In this document: positions 61,187 to 64,000 of the stretch, in pieces | How the letters are laid out: the number at the start of each line of letters is the position of its first letter | Position numbering within the stretch: position 1 is the first letter of the stretch | Sequence record: NC_061450.1 | Length of the DNA stretch: 64,000 nucleotides | Strand: one strand, 5' to 3' | Notes under the pieces: generated by a model | What the model saw: the letters and a program-made list of their open reading frames with translations, nothing else | What the model was told of the DNA's origin: nothing | The model's database searches: none | Position numbers and translations under genes: made by a program

Positions 61187-62320
61187 ATGGCGAAGGCTAA
61201 ATCAATCCAAACGACCAACACCAATCTGCTGTATGCTCGTGTTGTTCGTGCTGACGGTACTAAAACGTTCATCAACAAAATCAACGCCAACGGTTACGGC
61301 ACTGACGCGAAAGGTGGTCAGATTCACAAAACGCGTATCGTCCAGGCAGGCAAAACTTTGCGTGAACTGCCAGAAGCTATGGCGAAAGGTGAGTTTGTTC
61401 TTGTCGGTGGTATCGCGCACAAGCTCAACAAAAAACAACAGCGTGGCCTTGCGTCTGGTGACGATGCGTTTCTCGATGATATCAATGTTGACCTCGATCG
61501 TCTGCAATTCGTTGAGCCTGAGACTGCGACAACCGGCCGTCGTGCTACTCTGCATACGCCAGAGACTATCGCAAAGCGTGTGTCCAAGCGTGCTCTGAAA
61601 TCAGCAACAGAAAAAGCTGAGAAACAGCCCAGCGCCAAGCGTTCACGCAAAGCAGCAAAAGCTGAGGGCATTGAGGTTGATATGCTCGACAAGAAATCAC
61701 AGACAGCCACACGCAAGCGTGATCGTAAAGCCGCATCCGATACATCTGTGATTAAGCAGATGCCACGCGAGTTAAAGCGGCTTATCAGTGACGGCCAGAT
61801 CAAGCTCAACAGCAAGCAAGCTGAACAGGTGCTGACAAGTCTGGGGCTTGACGCTGAGTTTTACGCTATGTCCATTGAGAAACATTTCGGTGGTCTGAGT
61901 CTTGTACTGCCTCAACGTGAAGCGCCTGTAGAGAAGAAAGGCAAACGTGCTTCTACCAAAGAGCCGACGTATGTTGCTGCCAAGCAGGTCAAGCAGTTGG
62001 TCAAGAATCTCAAAACCCGTCTGGTACCGCCTACAGCAAAGTTCGCCGCTCAGCACAAAAAGAAACTTAAGGAAGTGCGTGAGTTCTGGAGCAAGGCTCT
62101 GGGCATGAGTTCTCACAAGGACGTCAAGCCCGGCCTGACAGTTATCGACGACTACGGTAACAAGTTAGTGCTGGTAGCGATTGACGCTGTATCAACAGTG
62201 TTCGCTCCAGCCAAGAAAGACGGCGATGAGCGTTTGTTTGCTCATGCCCTTCTCAATCAGAACGGCAGCCCACGTCACTTTAAGCTGGCACCTGCTGATG
62301 AACTGGATGCGTCCGTATGA
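61187..62320 (+). CDS. Basic paralog of 59616..61124
   Basis: GGAG RBS; shared DGTK...GY N-terminal module and PGLTV C-terminal module. Confidence 0.8.
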   Translation: MAKAKSIQTTNTNLLYARVVRADGTKTFINKINANGYGTDAKGGQIHKTRIVQAGKTLRELPEAMAKGEFVLVGGIAHKLNKKQQRGLASGDDAFLDDINVDLDRLQFVEPETATTGRRATLHTPETIAKRVSKRALKSATEKAEKQPSAKRSRKAAKAEGIEVDMLDKKSQTATRKRDRKAASDTSVIKQMPRELKRLISDGQIKLNSKQAEQVLTSLGLDAEFYAMSIEKHFGGLSLVLPQREAPVEKKGKRASTKEPTYVAAKQVKQLVKNLKTRLVPPTAKFAAQHKKKLKEVREFWSKALGMSSHKDVKPGLTVIDDYGNKLVLVAIDAVSTVFAPAKKDGDERLFAHALLNQNGSPRHFKLAPADELDASV

Positions 62321-62715
62321 AGATAAAACACAACGACGTTCTGGTAAATGGCATTTTTGCTCAACTGTATAGCCGCATGACACTCGCGGCTTGTCAGGGT
62401 CTGTATGTTTATTGGGGCGACCTTAGCCCAGTATTGTTTGGTATGCAGTTTGATAAAGTAGACGACGATCAAGCAGAAGCCCTGTGGGCCATTCTTGATG
62501 AGTCAATCAAGATGGACGCCAAAGCTGGACGTCTGCCACTTGCAGCATTGTTTGTATCTCGCAAAGGCGGAGCGCGTACACCACGCGACCAGTTCTATGT
62601 GTCCTATAAACACCACTACGGTAAAAGCATCACCGAGCAGGACTGGTCAGATATTGTAAAAAGTATCTGGCAGACCTACCAACTGCGCGGTAAATCGCTG
62701 GAGCATTCAAAATGA
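62317..62715 (+). CDS. Hypothetical protein
   Basis: ATGA overlap. Confidence 0.7.
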   Translation: MKIKHNDVLVNGIFAQLYSRMTLAACQGLYVYWGDLSPVLFGMQFDKVDDDQAEALWAILDESIKMDAKAGRLPLAALFVSRKGGARTPRDQFYVSYKHHYGKSITEQDWSDIVKSIWQTYQLRGKSLEHSK

Positions 62716-63182
62716 AGCCGAGCAAAGTTAAGATCAGCCGTAGCCCGATGCGTCCCGAAGAAGTCAACCACAAGCTGGCAAACATTGCCAACATGATTCT
62801 CGGCACCATCGGAACGCAAGTGACGTTGATGAGTCAGACCATGACTCTCAACATGGCAAACTATCACTGGCTTACCAACGTAACAGACACAGAGCAAGAT
62901 ACTCCTGCCAACAAGCAGCTCTTGCATAAAACTGTAAAAGACGTAAACGAGTATTGTAGAACCAACAAGATTCGTCTGGGATTACTAATTATCCCGCACA
63001 CGTCTGCTTCTGATTACGCCTCAGATGAAGTGTGTGCCATTCCGTGGGCGCATGTCTGTACGGACGCAAGACTACGCCAGACGGTTAAGAGCCTGTTTGA
63101 AAGGGTTGAAGCTGACAACGAAGACGGACACAAGTTTGTGCGTGACGCCAAAACCGATGCAGAGGGTGGCAATGTTTTATAA
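62712..63182 (+). CDS. Hypothetical protein
   Basis: GGAG RBS, ATGA overlap. Confidence 0.75.
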   Translation: MKPSKVKISRSPMRPEEVNHKLANIANMILGTIGTQVTLMSQTMTLNMANYHWLTNVTDTEQDTPANKQLLHKTVKDVNEYCRTNKIRLGLLIIPHTSASDYASDEVCAIPWAHVCTDARLRQTVKSLFERVEADNEDGHKFVRDAKTDAEGGNVL

Positions 63183-64000
63183 AGAACTGTTTTCGCCAGA
63201 GGAACATCAAACGTTTTTGAATTTGGTGGGCTGGCGATTAATTGATAGCGCGGTACCCAAGTATCTTGAAAGCTCCCAGCACGCGCTTAAGGTGCGACAC
63301 AGTGTGATCAAGTACAACCGCCCGTCACAGATTACTACGCCTATCTTGCCGCGTATTCGTACCACAACTGTTATGCGTTTGTTTCGTGCCATTCGTGATG
63401 GCAACTTGGGATTGCCTTGTGCGCAGCTTGCTGCATTGTTTGACCTGGGTATGGGCGTTCCCAAGCAACGTGACATTGCGCAGTACATCAGGGACTACAA
63501 TCCTGAACATGACCCAAACGGCGAAGCACTTAAAAGCATTCGCACTATGGTGGTACAGTATCAGCGCAAGGTTCGTCGCAGTCTGAACAACTGGCAGTAT
63601 CTGCCACCAGCAGAGTATGTGGCTCAGTTGTTGAAGATGCAGCGGTTCATCGGTCTCAAAGAAAACGGTTACAAAAAGCGTCTTGCAGTACCGGACGGGA
63701 TACCTGTTGTGTTGATCTACGCGAACAGCAACGTGGCTGAAAAAGAGTTCACGCTGGTAGATGCGTTTATGATCAGCGCTCTTGGGTATCCCGTTCCATT
63801 TGCTCAGACGGCATTGCGTAAAGAGTTCAAAGCGCCAAAGACATTCAAGTCTAAAGCGTTGGCAGGACGCAGTATGTACGCGATGGTTATGGGTATTGTC
63901 TACTGGCCTGGAGAAAAGGCTTTCAAGATGATGCGCATGTGCCGTAGTCTGGACATTGATGACTACACTGTGTTGCTTGACCAGTTCGAAGACCTGCAAA
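63172..64000 (+). CDS. Hypothetical protein (partial, runs off window end; absent from ORF track)
   Basis: GAGGG RBS, ATG 63172 (MFYKELFSPEEH...), read stop-free to 64000. Confidence 0.75.
   Translation, partial: MFYKELFSPEEHQTFLNLVGWRLIDSAVPKYLESSQHALKVRHSVIKYNRPSQITTPILPRIRTTTVMRLFRAIRDGNLGLPCAQLAALFDLGMGVPKQRDIAQYIRDYNPEHDPNGEALKSIRTMVVQYQRKVRRSLNNWQYLPPAEYVAQLLKMQRFIGLKENGYKKRLAVPDGIPVVLIYANSNVAEKEFTLVDAFMISALGYPVPFAQTALRKEFKAPKTFKSKALAGRSMYAMVMGIVYWPGEKAFKMMRMCRSLDIDDYTVLLDQFEDLQ

Noticed and set aside
1-64000. Diversity-generating retroelement, retron, integrase or transposase
   Set aside because: No reverse transcriptase (YxDD), recombinase or transposase motifs recognised; adhesin repeats differ at synonymous sites rather than at adenines only

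Overview
A 64-kb segment of a large (jumbo-type) dsDNA tailed phage, very probably infecting an enterobacterium (Erwinia/Pantoea/Dickeya-like; inferred from a YbiI-like TraR/DksA protein and an AmsF-like protein). It is densely coding and almost entirely on the + strand; the only convincing - strand gene is a DNA primase. The left part (1-23 kb) holds virion-like and replication/transcription genes: Ig-domain protein, primase, Cas4-like PD-(D/E)XK nuclease, SWIM protein, two phosphoesterases, a truncated sigma70-family factor, putative SSB, RecA/UvsX with a 352-aa intein, and an AmsF-like beta-helix/tailspike protein. The right part (23.5-64 kb) is a long accessory region of mostly unknown small genes plus a YadA-type trimeric autotransporter, ABC-type ATPase, radical SAM enzyme, TraR/DksA, GNATs, UvsE, dUTPase, lytic transglycosylase and an HD hydrolase. 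The most notable signals are outside gene annotation: (i) nine sigma70-like promoters sharing an 18-bp upstream box, always exactly 29 nt before the -10 hexamer; (ii) a recurrent gene-junction motif TGTAAA(T/C)A, a candidate target for the phage sigma factor; (iii) a highly structured ~215-nt leader RNA (58162-58374) with a T-loop hairpin and a pseudoknot abutting the RBS, plus a second structured non-coding block at 59250-59474; (iv) a shared N-terminal leader MEI-x-[IV]-S-[LM]-S on unrelated proteins. No CRISPR array, canonical tRNA, rRNA, integrase or reverse transcriptase was seen. All family assignments come from motif recognition by eye, not database searches.
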